NCBI GenBank assembly: GCA_050273025.1
Contig: CP158636.1
Coordinates: 9,052,001 to 9,116,000, forward strand
Source of the DNA: Cenococcum geophilum
Taxonomy: Eukaryota
Direction: 5' to 3'
Length of the DNA stretch: 64,000 nt
Under the pieces are notes generated by a model. It was not told the origin of the DNA, did not search any database, and saw nothing but the letters and a program-made list of their open reading frames with translations. Below, piece by piece: positions 1 through 12,777 of the stretch (position 1 is the stretch's first letter; each line of letters starts with the position of its first letter). Position numbers and translations under genes: made by a program.

Positions 1-1139
1 CGGAAGCTATATGGGAGGAAGCCACTAATAAATATATTAGAACCCTCTAAGGGTAAATCTAAATCTAATAGAGTCTAATCTAAGCTAGGTAAATTTTTTT
101 ACAACCTAGTTAAGGCTAAGGGCTTCTTAGGAGCTACCTAGTACCTACCTAAGAAGGTATAGAAGACTTAGAGAGTTATTTACGCTATAAATGGAAAAAA
201 GATATAAACCGACTGGCTAAGGCCTTTAGTAATTTAGAACTCCGCTATAAACCTAACGCCTAGCAATTAGACGATTAGGTTTATAAAATAGACAACTTCT
301 TTAAAATATTAATAATACGAGATAATACCAAAGAGCGTACACGCTGGATTATCAGCAAGATTGAAGACCAATTACTAAACTAGATCGCATTTAATTAGCT
401 TAATAAAGAGTAAATTACTATATAGCCACAGCTGTAAACCTTCCTAAAGAAATAGACTTAAGATCCGTATATAATATAATATAATAATATAGAGCTATTC
501 TAGAATGGGATATAGCTAGACCACTATAACTTCTACTAGTTTATAAACTTTATAGAAACTCGTGCTTAGCAGATAGATCTAAAGCCCTTTAAAAATAAGA
601 ATGGTAGCATTTATAAGAAGGAGAAGATCAGGTTTATCTAGGCTAGAATTAAGCTAGTAATTTATAATAAAATAAAGCGCGTAGAAGCCCTATCGCGGAT
701 TACTATATATACGGATTTTAAACGAGTAGTTCTAAACACTAAAGATACGGTAAGGAACTAGACCTCTTCTAGTAGGAAGCTAGGGGGTCACTAGAAGTAT
801 AGGCACTTTAGTAGTAATATAGGGTAGATCTAACCTTTAAAGAAGCCGTTCTTAAAGAGAACTTCGGAAGGGTTAAAGTTAGGAACCTTAAATAACGGGA
901 AAGACTTTTAGGGTTAACCTAATACCCATCTAGCACCCTTATAGGAACACTCTAAGAAGTTAAAAGAAAACTCTAAAGGTAGATCCTATTAGAAAAATAA
1001 GTAGGGTAATAACCGTACTAATAATTTAAAAAAAAAGCCCTAGTTATAAACCTCTCTTGGCTGCAACTAGGGCAAGATATAAAAGGAGAAACTCTCCGTA
1101 TTACTATTAAGCCAGAAATAATACTCCCTATAGGTAAGA

Positions 1140-4100
1140 TATAACAGTTCTAAGCACTATATAATAGCGGCGCCAAAATCAATTTTATATAATATAATTT
1201 GGTAAAAGAGCATAAACTCATCCTATTGTAAAGGTAGCGGAAACCTATTATAGGCTTCCTAGATAAGCATTGGATCAAACTATATAGTGCTTATAAGCTT
1301 ATAGTGTTAGTAGCTAATATATACAACCGCACTAAGGTGGTCAGCCCATAACCCTTCTAGGTAGCTAACTTTGTAGGTTATAACCTTATCCTTAAATACC
1401 CTTAGCTAGCGGAAGTAGATCCTAAGATATGCTTTAAAACTAGAGCCTTTAAATAATAGAACGATGAAGATTTAGAAAGGCGTATATTACTAATAAGCCT
1501 AAAGGATATCCTAGAGAATATAGCCCTAAGCAAAATAGTATACGCTCTACATCTAAAGGAGTATTAAATCTAACCCCTATTTAATAGTAAGATAGGTATA
1601 GAGCCTAGTATAGGTAATAACCCCTTTATAACAGAGACCCTATAGGGAACTACCGGATAGGTTATAGAGACATTATAGGGAGGCGGCGATTTTAAGAATC
1701 TTATAAGATACTTTAACCGCTATAGGTTACTCTAGCTTAAGCAATATATAGAGAGTATACTACAGCATCTTAAACGCTGCGTTAAGGAGTTCCTTACCCT
1801 TTATTAGCTACCGTATAAAACAGTTTAACGTATAGTAGCAACTATATATAAGTAACTACTATAGCGTATAATACTACCCGCGAGCATTCTAAGGGAGCTC
1901 TAGGACCTACCTAATAATAACACAGAGGATAAACGCAACCCCAATTTATTAAATATTTCAGTAGGCCTAAAAAACTTACTAAGGGTATTTTTAGGCAGGA
2001 GAGCTAAAGTCCTACCGCAGAACTCGGAGTACAATTATGTAATTAATCTGGAAGAAGGCAAATAACTGCCGAACCTTCCTATCTATAACCTCTTGCGTAA
2101 AGAGCTTAAGATCCTATAGGAGTACCTTAATAGCTTACTAGAAAAGGGATAGATCTAGCCTAGTAAGTCGCTATTAGGCGCGCTAATCCTCTTCGTCCTA
2201 AAACTAGATAGAACTATAAGGCTATACGTAGACTATCGCGGTCTTAATAAGATTATAATTAAGAACCGTTACCTACTACTACTAGTTAGTGAAATGCTAA
2301 ATTAACTATCTAGGGCAAAGATCTTTACAAAGTTAGATCTATAAGACGCCTATTATAGGCTCTGTATTAAAGAAGGGGATAAATAAAAGACCGCTTTTAA
2401 GACCCAATATAGCTACTTTAAGTATCTAGTAATGCCTTTTGGGCTAGCTAATACGCCTATAATATTCTAATTGCATATCCACAAAGCCTTAGGGGGACTA
2501 GTCAACCGCATATATATTATCTATTTAGATAACATCTTAATCTACTTAGAAGATAAGAATTAATATAAGCAATATATCCGCAAAGTACTAGAACATTTAG
2601 ATAATTAGGGCCTCTACACTAAGGCGTTAAAGTATATCTTTAACACCAAATAGGTCGAGTTCCTAGGTTATATTATAACGCCTATAGGTATAGTTATAGA
2701 CCTAGTACGGGTGCAAACGATCCAAAAGTAGCCGGAGCTAAAAAGCTACTAAGATGTTTAAGTGTTCCTAGGCTTTGCCAATTTCTATAGGCGCTTTATC
2801 TATAACTACTCGGACGTCGCTTAATACCTATTTAACTATATTACGGAAGCTTCCTAAGACCTAACCTAAGAAGCAAAAAGCTTAAAGGTGGTAAGAAAGA
2901 AAACTAAAAAGGGACCAACTAAATAGTATAAGCCATAGTTATAGCCTAGAAAGGTTTAGGAGGCCTTTTAGGAACTTCGCGTAAAGTTTATAAAAGCTCT
3001 ATTACTACGGCATTTTAACCCAGATTAGCTATTAATAATAATCACTAATATATTAAATTTTACCCTTACTAGTATCCTACTATAACCCAATAGGCATCCG
3101 GACGCTACCCAGCTCTATTAAAGACTAGTAGTATTTTATAGCAGAAAATTCCAGGGACCTAAAGTTAGATATTATACCTATAATAAGGAACTGCTAGCCA
3201 TAGTTAACTACTTTAAATAGTAGCAATACTACCTTAAGTACGCGAGCTATACCACTTATATACTCTTAAATTACTATAATTTACGCTACTTTATAACTAT
3301 AAAGGAGCTTATACCTTAATAAGCTAAATAGGCAGAGGAGCTTATACGGTTTAATTTTAAAATTAAATATAAGCTAGGGGAAAACAACCCTACTAATAAA
3401 CCGTTATAACAGCTAGACTATACCAAAGGCTTTAAAACGGGAGAAGAAAAATAGATAATAGATATCTTACTCCCTATATTATAGAACAAGCTCTAGGTAT
3501 AGGATGCTTAAGCACCCACAGCTCTATATACTAAGTCTTAGGCGGTATAAGCCCCATTAGTTTCTACTAACGTTCCGGCTAATACCTGGTCCATTACTAA
3601 TAAGGGTCTAAATATACCTAGACAGGACGTCCCTAATACATTCTTAGAACCTAGTAATACACCATCCCTAATTACTAAGCTATCCCCTTAAACCAATAGC
3701 GAAGCTATAGAGCAATTAGAACTCAGAGCCCTATAATAACTAAAAGACTTTAATCTTATAGCAGCCTTCCTAATATACGCGCATTAAAGAGTTATAAGAT
3801 CTATAATACCATCTAGTCTTATACTTAGAGCAGTATAGGACAAAACAGCTTTTACCCGGGAACTATCCGAAGGGTTAATAGATCTTATCTATAAGGTGCA
3901 ACAGAAGGACGCTTCCTATACTATTCTTAATACGGAAGTAGACCGGAAACGTAACGGAAAGAAAGCTACTAGGCGCTACTATTGGGAACTAAACCTAATG
4001 GGCCTACTATATAGAGGTAGTAAGGTTTAGGTGCTATAAAAAATAAATCTACAATAGAAGATTCTTATAAAGAATTACAATAATCCTCTAGGCGGCCACT

Positions 4101-5420
4101 ATAGTTAAGTAAAAATAGTAGAATTACTTTAACGCAAATACTACTGGCTAAGGCTTAATTAGGAAGCAAAGGAGTACATCAGCTATTATAAGAAGTGTTA
4201 AGTATACAAGATCTACAGGCATAAGCCATAGGGTCTACTTAAATCAGTTCCCCCCGCCAGTGAGCTATAGCGACATTACGCTATAGACTTCATTACGGAT
4301 CTCCTGCTATCTAAAGTTAGCTAAGGACGAATATATAATTCGGTCCTTATACTTATTAATAGGTTTTTAAAGTACGTCTAATACCTTCCCGTTAACAAGA
4401 CAATCAATATATAAGAGCTCGCTAACCTAATTAAGGAGAAAAACTTTCTTAAAGTAGATTAACCACACTCTATTATTATTAATAGGGGCAGCGTCTTTAT
4501 AAGCCAATACTAGTCGGACCTATGCTTCCATTTAAAGATAGACTACCGTTATAGTATAGCTTTCTATCTACAAACGGACGGGTAAACAAAACGCCAGAAC
4601 TAGGAACTAGAGTCTTACCTATAGATATATTTAAACTACCAGCAAGATAACTAATACGAGCTACTTCCGTACGCGGAGTACGCTTACAATTTAAAGTAAT
4701 ACGCATTGTATAAGTATATACCAATCCAGATTGCCTATAGCGTCCGACTATTTGGATTTAATAGTATACCTAATAATTACTAGCTAAGGCTGTATAATTA
4801 ATTATAGGATCTTACTAGGAAGTCTAAGGATATCTATTAAAGAGTATAAGGATACTTTTAGAAATAGGAGGAGTAATAGAAGTATGCGGAGTAGAGCCTA
4901 TAAGATGCCTAAAAGTAGCAGAGACTTTAGTACAACTATAAGCACCAAAACAAGCATTTTAGAGTAGGCGATAAGGTTCTACTACGTTTAACAAATATTA
5001 AAACCTGTTAACTATTAAAGAAGCTTAATATAAGATACCTAGGTCCCTTCTAAGTTAAGGAATGAATTAGTAAGCTAGCCTATTGTCTTTAGCTACCCCT
5101 ATCTATAGCCTATATACATCTAGTATTTTATATAAACCTACTAGAGCTATGGTATAGACCACCACCGGAAAAGAACTTCCGTCTAGGCCTAATTAAACAC
5201 CCTAAGGTAGTAGGCGAGCGGTACGAGGTTAAAGCTATACTATATTATAAATCTATTAAGAATAAGCTTCAATTTAAAGTTAAATAGCTAGGCTAGCCCA
5301 CTAAAAACTCTATATAGGAACTAGAGGACCACCTCAATTATTATAAAGATATTCTAAAAGAATATTGGGACTAAGGTCCACAATCTACAAATCGCAAGAA
5401 GCGCTCTAATACTACGGTGT
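1140..5420 (+). pseudogene. pol polyprotein (PR-RT-RH-IN-chromodomain) of element A, inactivated by RIP; ends approximate
   Basis: Recognisable RT, RH, IN and chromodomain motifs interrupted by many in-frame TAA/TAG stops at positions expected to be CAA/CAG/TGG. Confidence 0.85.
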
Positions 5421-5699
5421 TATTATAACCTATAAAGAAAGCTTATAATAGGCCGCAAAAGGCCCTAAAGAGTAAATAGGTCAAATCGGATATAGTATAG
5501 ACAAGCTCCAGAAACTATAGGGATAGGGCTACGGCCCAAGGCAGAATAGGTCCTTAGCCTTTTTATATATATAGCATAGAGTTAATAGGGCATTTTGCTA
5601 GAATTACATTCCTATTTATTAATCTATATCAAAAATATAGTTCCTAGGGCGTTTAAGCCCTTTCTAAAAGCCTTATAAGGCCTTTCTAAGCACCTAATC

Positions 5700-6700
5700 A
5701 AGGTCCTTAATTACTACTATATATAAAAACAAATCCTAAAAGTCTAAACTACAAATGCCTAATCTAAAAAGCTACTATGCCTTATTATTATTAGGAGTAG
5801 GATCAGTATCTATTAGGCTACTAAGCAATAGCTAACAAAAATAGGATTTAGACCCCTTAGTAGAGGTACGAGTAGGTATAAAAATAGGGGTAGGATAATA
5901 AGGTATAGCTAGGGCAAAGATTCTTAAACGCTTAATACTAATATTAGGTCCAAACCAATACTAATAAAGCTCTTACGGCGTAAGCTTATAGTCAATAAAG
6001 ACACGCTTAAGCCTAGAATGAATAGAGACGTTAGCTAGCTAGCATAGTCCAGAACCACTAAGACCTTACTACGGCAACTATTAGTTACCTATCCGCTAGG
6101 TACCTAAAGGGTAACCTACCTAATACCGCATTATATTATACTCTTTTAAAACTTAACGCGTATGCATAAACTCCTTCCTATAGTAGACGGCAACCTTCTT
6201 CTCATTACCCCTATCCTATACCCTATCCTTAGTATACTAACCTTACTCTTATATTAGGCGTTACTAGCTAGCTTACTAGAAATTATAGGCAGTATAGATG
6301 GCCATAGCATAGTCTTAAATTCGGCTAAGTTATTTAGCATTTACGCTAAAATAAGAGAGAGCTTGGGCAATATAGTAGTTAAGGACATTAAAGGAACGTC
6401 GCCACTTAGGCCCAGGCTATTAAAGCTTAAAGTTAATAATAGAAATCTATTAAGAATAGAAAAGCTTACCTTAATATAACTACCGCTTTTAGTACGCATA
6501 CATTAATTACAAGGACTAAAGGTATTAGATTTAACGCAGTGCGTCTTATTATAAGCCTCCAGAATCCTATTATTAGATTTCTAATCTTTTAAAGACGTGT
6601 AAGTAAAATCATTTAAGTAGGACTAGCACTAGTTACGGGTTAGCGGGGGTTAGGGTTCTATATATAAAGGCAGGGCTAGAATACGCTGTAAAATTTACTT
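5700..6700 (-). pseudogene. Antisense spliced Cys-rich accessory gene inside element A (RIP-degraded); ends approximate
   Basis: Minus-strand frame reads C*SY..(26 aa)..CVKSNTFSPCN*CMRTKSGSYIK, then a GTAAGC...TAG intron (6469-6417, phase 0), then PGPKWRRSFNVLNYYIAQALS... The frame continues for several hundred nt with only RIP-type stops. Confidence 0.55.
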
Positions 6701-7783
6701 AGAAGAGCAGTTAGCAGGAGAACAAAGAGGCATATTAAATTAATAATAGAAAAAAAGGAAATCTTAATAATATATTAAAGATACGTCTAAATTAGACAAA
6801 GGTTAATAATAGGAAGTAAGGTATTAAGGAAAAGGATTAAGCTTAAGGAGTAAAGTGTTTTTATACTTCACCGTCCAATACCCTTTTAGTAAATAGCCGG
6901 AACCTTACCAATATAACTCTATTATAATAGCGCTATTTAAAAAAAAAAGGAAACACGCATATAAGTTATTTAACCATTACTTCCTTAGAAAAACTAACTA
7001 CGCGGCTAGGGGAAGGCAATTAAGACGTTAAATTAAAGACGTATATAGGTTAAATTAGACCTAAAACGATACTATAGTATCAAAGAATAACGTTATAGAC
7101 GTTCTTAATAATCGCATAATAGCTACAATTACTATCGCGAAATATCCCTATTTACTAGGTAGTAGAGCTACGCCAAATATACGGCATAGGACTACCAGAT
7201 TTAAAACCATATATACTAAATCTTAAGAGATAAGTCTCTTTAACTAACTAATTAATACCTTAACCGCATTTAATAGCCTAAGGGCAAATACGGAAGCAAT
7301 ACGTTAGTAACGCAGGGGATTATAAAAAAAGGATTATAAAAAAGGATTACAGACTACATTTTAGCAGTTAAAGACAACGGCAAGCCAAGGCTCCGTATAT
7401 TAAATCCTATACTAAAAGGTTCTACGGAACTATACTAGAACACTAAATTGCCTATAATACTTGTAATTAATTATAGACTAGCATAAAGGCTTAGAAGCAG
7501 AGTTACATAAAAATCCCTATATTAGCCTAAGTAGTCACTAGTATACTTCTAGTAGGCTTCCAATAGGTCTCCTAGTAATCCTCGCGTCTTTTCTCTAGTT
7601 ATATTTTTTTCTTATTAAGGTTTTTCAGGAGTTCAAAGTAGGGGTTAGATAGATAGATAATATATAGCGGCATGCCAACACCTCTTTAATATTTTTCTAA
7701 ACCTCTTTCGGGATAAGCCCTTATAATCTCCCTACCGTAAGGTAATGGCGATTGGGGGCCAACCGTAAGAAGGGGGGGGGTAA

Positions 7784-7998
7784 TATAAGGGATATTATTG
7801 CGGACACCTTAGATTACCCTCAGAACAACCCCCGGACGCCCCTTAGATGGTCGCCGGTTACGTGCTAGAGGCATATACCCGTAGTATATAGTCTCCACAA
7901 TCCCAGAGGCCTTACCTCCTTAAGGATTCGTCTCTCTCACCAATCTATCCTATTCCAATCGTGTCCTTATAGCCCCCTATTTACAAGATCCCCTTATA
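7784..7998 (+). repeat. 3' LTR of family A (215 bp)
   Basis: Follows the PPT. Termini TATAAGGG...CCCTTATA are the RIP form of TGTAAGGG...CCCTTACA. A second copy lies inverted at 10752-10967. Confidence 0.9.
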
Positions 7999-8564
7999 GG
8001 TTGCTATAAGTTAGTATCTACTATACTAGTATTACCTCCTAACCTTAAAGTAGTTGCCGCCGTTAATGGCGTTATAGTGGCTACTTTTAGTGGCATGTTA
8101 TTTAACTTCCTATATTTAACACCGTAACTAGGTAGTAATTATATAACGGAACCTTATAGCAAGTACTACGATAGGCTCGTTATTAGGCTAGGTATATAGG
8201 TAATGCAAATTAAAGTTAATAATATAATAATAACTAGTGGAGTAGTTGCCTAACAGATTAACTCTAATTATATTCTAAGAATTACTATAAGGAAGGAACT
8301 ATCTAGGTAGGGACTAAGGGTCCTTAAATATATAACTATACTCCTATAAAATCCTTCTTATATATAATATACGTCTTATACATAAGGTACGTAAGTTCCT
8401 CGTATCCCTCTCGTTTAATACGTAGCACATTATATAACCTTAGTTACCACCCCTCGTTATATAGTTCTATCGGCTCTATCCTAGACCATGCTTAAATTAA
8501 CCAACTAGCTTCTTCCGACTCTTCTCTAAGTAGTTATAACATTGTACTTAAAGCGTCCGTAATA
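7999..8564 (-). mobile_element. 5' end of a family B gypsy element (5' LTR 8142-8564, PBS, gag start), interrupted by element A
   Basis: Reverse complement matches the B3 LTR, PBS and gag start MPLKVATITPLTAATTLRLG (compare 41366-41935). Confidence 0.85.
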
Positions 8565-10654
8565 TACTTTATAGCATATATAGAATAAATCTTAGCAGAA
8601 GATATTACTAGAATCTATATTAAAGAAGTATTTATAAAATATAGAGTATTAAGTAAAATTATATTAGACAGAGATCTAAAATTTATAGCAGCATTTTAGG
8701 AGGTATTCTTAGTAGAATAAGGAGTTAGAGCAGCAACTTCTACTATATATTATCCGCAGACGGATAAATAGACGGGGGGATTGGGTTAAACGCTAGAATA
8801 GTATTTAAAATATTATATTAATTACATGTAGAATAATTAGGTATCGCTATTACTAATTATATTTGTATATAATATAACACTATAAGAAGGAATAGGTATA
8901 TTACTATTTAAGGCAAATTACGGATATAAGCTAAAAATATTATTATTACTATAATAAGTAAAGAAAATAAGTAGCATAGCTAAAAAAAGAATAAAGATAT
9001 TAATAAATCTCTATATAGACCTTATAGAATTAGTAAAAAAGGTATAAGAAAGAATAAAAAAGTATTATAATACTAAGAAATCTAAGGGACTAGATCTTAA
9101 GAAGGGGGATAAAGTATAGCTACTATATAAAAATTTTAAGAGTTAATAACTAAGTAAGAAATTAGACTATATGAGACTAAGACCTTTTAAAATTATATAG
9201 AGGATTTTATTAGTTATATTTAAGTTAAACTTACTAGCTAAAATAAAGATCTACCCTATATAGCATATTATAATACTAGAACTAGTATATAGGAATATTA
9301 AACTACTAATTTATAAAGCAAATATATATAGAGGATAAGAAGAAGACGAATAATAAGTTTTAAAAATCGGTAATTATAAGAATGTTAATAATAAAATATA
9401 ATACGAGGTTAAGTAGATAAGCTATAATAAGACTACCTAAAAACTACTATAGAATTTAAAAAATGCTATAGGAAAGGTATGGGAGTATTAGAGGAGAATA
9501 GGTTAGGTAATATTAAGAAGGAGCTAAAGGTAAAAAAAATTAGTTAAAGGTAATAGAAGAGCCGGATTATCTAAGGGATCCACTACTAGCGTATAAGCTA
9601 TTTCCGCCTCTTCTTAAGTAGAATCCTTTTCAGCCTCTTTAGCCTTAAGTTTAAACAAACTTTACTCTACTAAATAAAGCTCTTTTAAGCGCACCTTTTT
9701 ATAAACCTTTATTAAATGGCTTAGGCGAGTATAAGTATCTAGTTAAGCCTTTAGAGCCTAAGACGCCTTATTAAAATAACGCTAAACCTTAGTAAGGGCC
9801 TTGGCCAGCTTACTCTCTAGTCTTTTAGCCGCTACTACTACGCGTAACCCTAGGGTAGATTAGATAAGAAACTAAACGGTTATAAAGAATAATAAGACGT
9901 ATATATTTAGCATTAGAGATAGATTAAATATTATAGGATAATCGCATATTCGCTCGCGTATACTTAGTATAAAAAGAAGATTAGTAACTAAATGGAGCTA
10001 TAATTATAATATATACTAACCTCTTCTCTATATAATAAGAATAAGATAGTATAACTTTACTAAGTAATAGAATAAACGTTACTAGCTAGTTATAATAATT
10101 AGACGTAGAAGATTTAATAGAAGGTATTAGAAATAATAAAGGTTATTAAATTAAAGATAGAAATGCTATACCTCTAATAAACAACTTAGAGATAGGAGAT
10201 ATCTTTAAGGATAAAGATAAAGAGGAGGGGGATAGTATTACGGACCTTATATTAGCAGTAGTATAACTACTAAGAGTAGACATAAACGGATTAGTTAAGA
10301 TAGTATAGGAGGCGCTAGAACCGATTAAGCTATAGGATAAAAGGTAGCTAAGTTATATAGCTAGTTATGTTATAAGTTTAGAATATAGGAATATAGGGAC
10401 GTAGGAACATAACGTACTAACATACTAACGTACTAATATACTAAACCCTTTACTATAGGGGAGAGTTATATATTTAAGGACGTATGGTTTCTACAGATAG
10501 TTTCCCTTCCTTATAGTGAATTTTTAAATATAATTAGAGTTAATCTGTTAGGCAACCACTCCACTAGTTATATTTACATTGTTAACTATTCTATACTTAT
10601 ATACCCAGCCCATTAACAAGTCTACCGTAGTATTTCCTACAAGGCTTCGTTATA
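8565..10654 (+). mobile_element. 3' half of a family B gypsy element (B0: integrase, chromodomain, antisense ORF, PPT, divergent 3' LTR 10236-10654)
   Basis: Colinear with 49472-51577. PPT GAGGAGGGGGATAG precedes TATTACGG. The LTR has a distinct U3 but a B-type R/U5. Confidence 0.85.
9470..10127 (-). pseudogene. Antisense Zn2Cys6-like accessory ORF of element B0 (RIP-degraded)
   Basis: Homologous in position, frame and intron location to the copies at 24951, 48782 and 51048, but with a divergent N-terminus and coiled-coil region. Confidence 0.65.
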
Positions 10655-10751
10655 TAAGTTATTACAATATTTTAAAGGAGAAATAGTAGATATAAATAAT
10701 CTAGTCATTAAAGCTAACTACCCTTTTAAAAGGGAGTAGGAAGAATTTAAA

Positions 10752-10967
10752 TATAAGGGGACTTTATAGATAGGGTGCTATAAGGCATAATTATAGGAAT
10801 AAAATAGATTGTAGAGGAGATAAATCCTTAAGAAGGTAAGGCCTCTAGGATTGTAGAGACTATATACTACGGGTATATACCTCTAGTATATAACCGGCGA
10901 CTATTTAAGAGGCGTCTAGGGGTTGTCCTAAGGGCAACTTAAGGTAACTGTAATAATATCCCTTATA
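10752..10967 (-). repeat. Isolated family A LTR (216 bp)
   Basis: Reverse-complement match to 7784-7998. The flanks (TTAAA / AGGAG) do not form a TSD. Confidence 0.85.
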
Positions 10968-11239
10968 AGGAGAAGTAGCAGCAGAAGTAGCAGTAGAAGT
11001 AGTAGTGGTTATAGTTTAGTTTATAGGCTTCGGAAGGTCCGCTAAAGGTCGTTAGGACCGTCTATTTCTTTTCTCCTATATATATAAAGTTAGAAAGATA
11101 GTAAGCTAAAAAAAGTAAATAAAGAATTAACCCTATAGAAGTTATAAGCCTTATATAGAGCTCCACGACAGTTTATTACAAAGTTAGTAGAAGAGCGATA
11201 CTGCTTATAGGTAGTACAAAATATACAATCGGAAGGCAT
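10968..11239 (-). pseudogene. RIP-degraded 5' part of a spliced gene with a putative Cys4 zinc-finger N-terminus, probably transposon-encoded
   Basis: ATG at 11239: MPSDCIFCTTYKQYRSSTNFVINCRGALYKAYNFYR, where TAT-to-TGT reversion gives CTTC...KACNFCR. GTTAAT..CTAAC..TAG intron 11131-11076, then EKRNRRS*RPLADLP...TTTTSTATSAATSP, truncated by the LTR. Confidence 0.45.
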
Positions 11240-11462
11240 TTAGGCGGTATAGGGAGTAGCAACTAGGGTAGAAGATATTTAAGTAATAAGGGTAGGAAAA
11301 GAGGTCACTCGGTCACGAATTTAATGGGGTAGCGCACGTTCCCTTATTAGGTGACCCGATAAATAACAACTAATTAAAAAAAGTTAATTCAGTACTATAG
11401 AAGATGTCGGGGGTTTTGGTGTTCCCTACGTGATAGCATTAGGACAGCAGACGTAAGAACAG

Positions 11463-11792
11463 TATCCCTTGCACCGCTAGCGTCCAAAGCGTTTGTAGTC
11501 TGTGCGCAGCGCTTAGGAATATCGATTTCGATAACACCAGCAGTAATACCAAGCTTTAATTGTTAAATTAACCACTATAATGGTTTAAAATCGAGAAACC
11601 AATAACGAAGACTTTGTTTAACCTACTCAATATCCCAAACCACCGCGTGGGGTTGCAAGAAAATTACCCCTAAGCCCTTACTACTACCTCATTTTAAATA
11701 TGGCAGAACGACTGACCGCCAACTAATGCAGTTAATTTATTGGTCGAGCTCGGGCCACAAGTTATTGGACGCGTTTAGCGGTGCAAGGGATA
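11463..11792. mobile_element. MITE-like non-autonomous DNA element (~326 bp plus flanking TA)
   Basis: Perfect 17-bp inverted repeat TATCCCTTGCACCGCTA (11463-11479) / TAGCGGTGCAAGGGATA (11776-11792), extended by GCGTCCAA/TTGGACGC. The outer TA fits a Tc1/mariner-type TSD. No ORF inside. Confidence 0.7.
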
Positions 11793-12777
11793 ATAGATAA
11801 AATCCCTTTCAACCGTGAAGTCCTATCAGAAGCACGCGTATGATCATGGAGCCTTGATCCTATTGATTCTATTGGCTGGCTCTTATCGATAACCGTAGGA
11901 CAGGGACACCCTGAGTGTTTCCATCACATCTGGAAGACTGCCTGTTACGTACATGTAGAACACGCCGTGGTGGTTTTGAAAATCATTGAAGGCCCAGTGG
12001 GTAAGACGGTTGCTGTTTTAAAGCTATAACTCTAGCCTTTTAGCTCGCCTCATTTCCAGTAGTATTCATGCCGTGGATGGATGTTTCTTGCCAGGCCAAG
12101 GAAAAGCTCAGGCCGCCTTTATCAGCCACCTCCGTCATACTAGACTCTCACCAGGGACCCTGGCATGCTAACATCCTGCATTGCCCATCCACTAAAGCTG
12201 TTGACGTCTGTCTTCAAGCGTCTAAGGGAGCCCTGCAACGGAGCAATGCGCTGCGCATTCACGGTATTTTCCTGTCAGTCGGCTCTAGATTTCAGTACAG
12301 CAGAGACTCCGGTCAGGAACCATTGCCCAATCTCGAATGCCCAAAGCCGAATTGGAACTCGAAGCGGAGCCCATTCAGGCCCAACATTGAATCAGAAGGT
12401 ACGAAGGCACGGAAGTCTATTCTAAGTTCTGTACATGTTTCTACAGCGGCAATGGTGTTGTGGGTTTTAAGGTGGTCGACCCGCGTCCAAGCTATGACAT
12501 AACGCAGAAGTCCTGAATTCCGCCCGGACAAAACGCACATGCACACCAACCTGACAACCAAACCTGACACTCACATTCTCCTTGTCCGCGTTTCTCTTAA
12601 ATCCTTTGCCTATTCGTATTTGAAGTTGCCAGTCCGCCATCCTTTCTACATCATATATTCTCCACTTCGCCTGCAACATCCTTTCCTCTTTGCCTTGCTC
12701 CAACTCGACCCCGCCTCTTCGACTTCTCCACAACCAACCAGCAAACATCCGCCACTCGCAACCGCAATTACTCGACA

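Larger units (their letters stand above)
1..7998 (+). mobile_element. Ty3/gypsy chromovirus-type LTR retrotransposon, family A, RIP-degraded; 5' end outside the window
   Basis: Degenerate pol motifs in order: RT SKS..GA.ILFV.K.D.T.RLYVDYRGLN (~2160-2250), YLDNILIY (~2522, = YLDD), RNase H (~3000-3400), integrase (~4050-5150), chromodomain YEV.AIL...K*LG*P..NS (~5220-5370). Polypurine tract (PPT) AAGAAGGGGGGGGG at 7767-7780, then the 3' LTR. Confidence 0.9.

Noticed and set aside
1021..1040. A-run as a possible gag-pol -1 frameshift site in element A
   Set aside because: RIP and homopolymer length uncertainty prevent establishing frames.
10655..10675. PBS-like TAAGTTATTAC after the B0 3' LTR, suggesting a tandem element sharing an LTR
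   Set aside because: The match is partial and no gag sequence follows.
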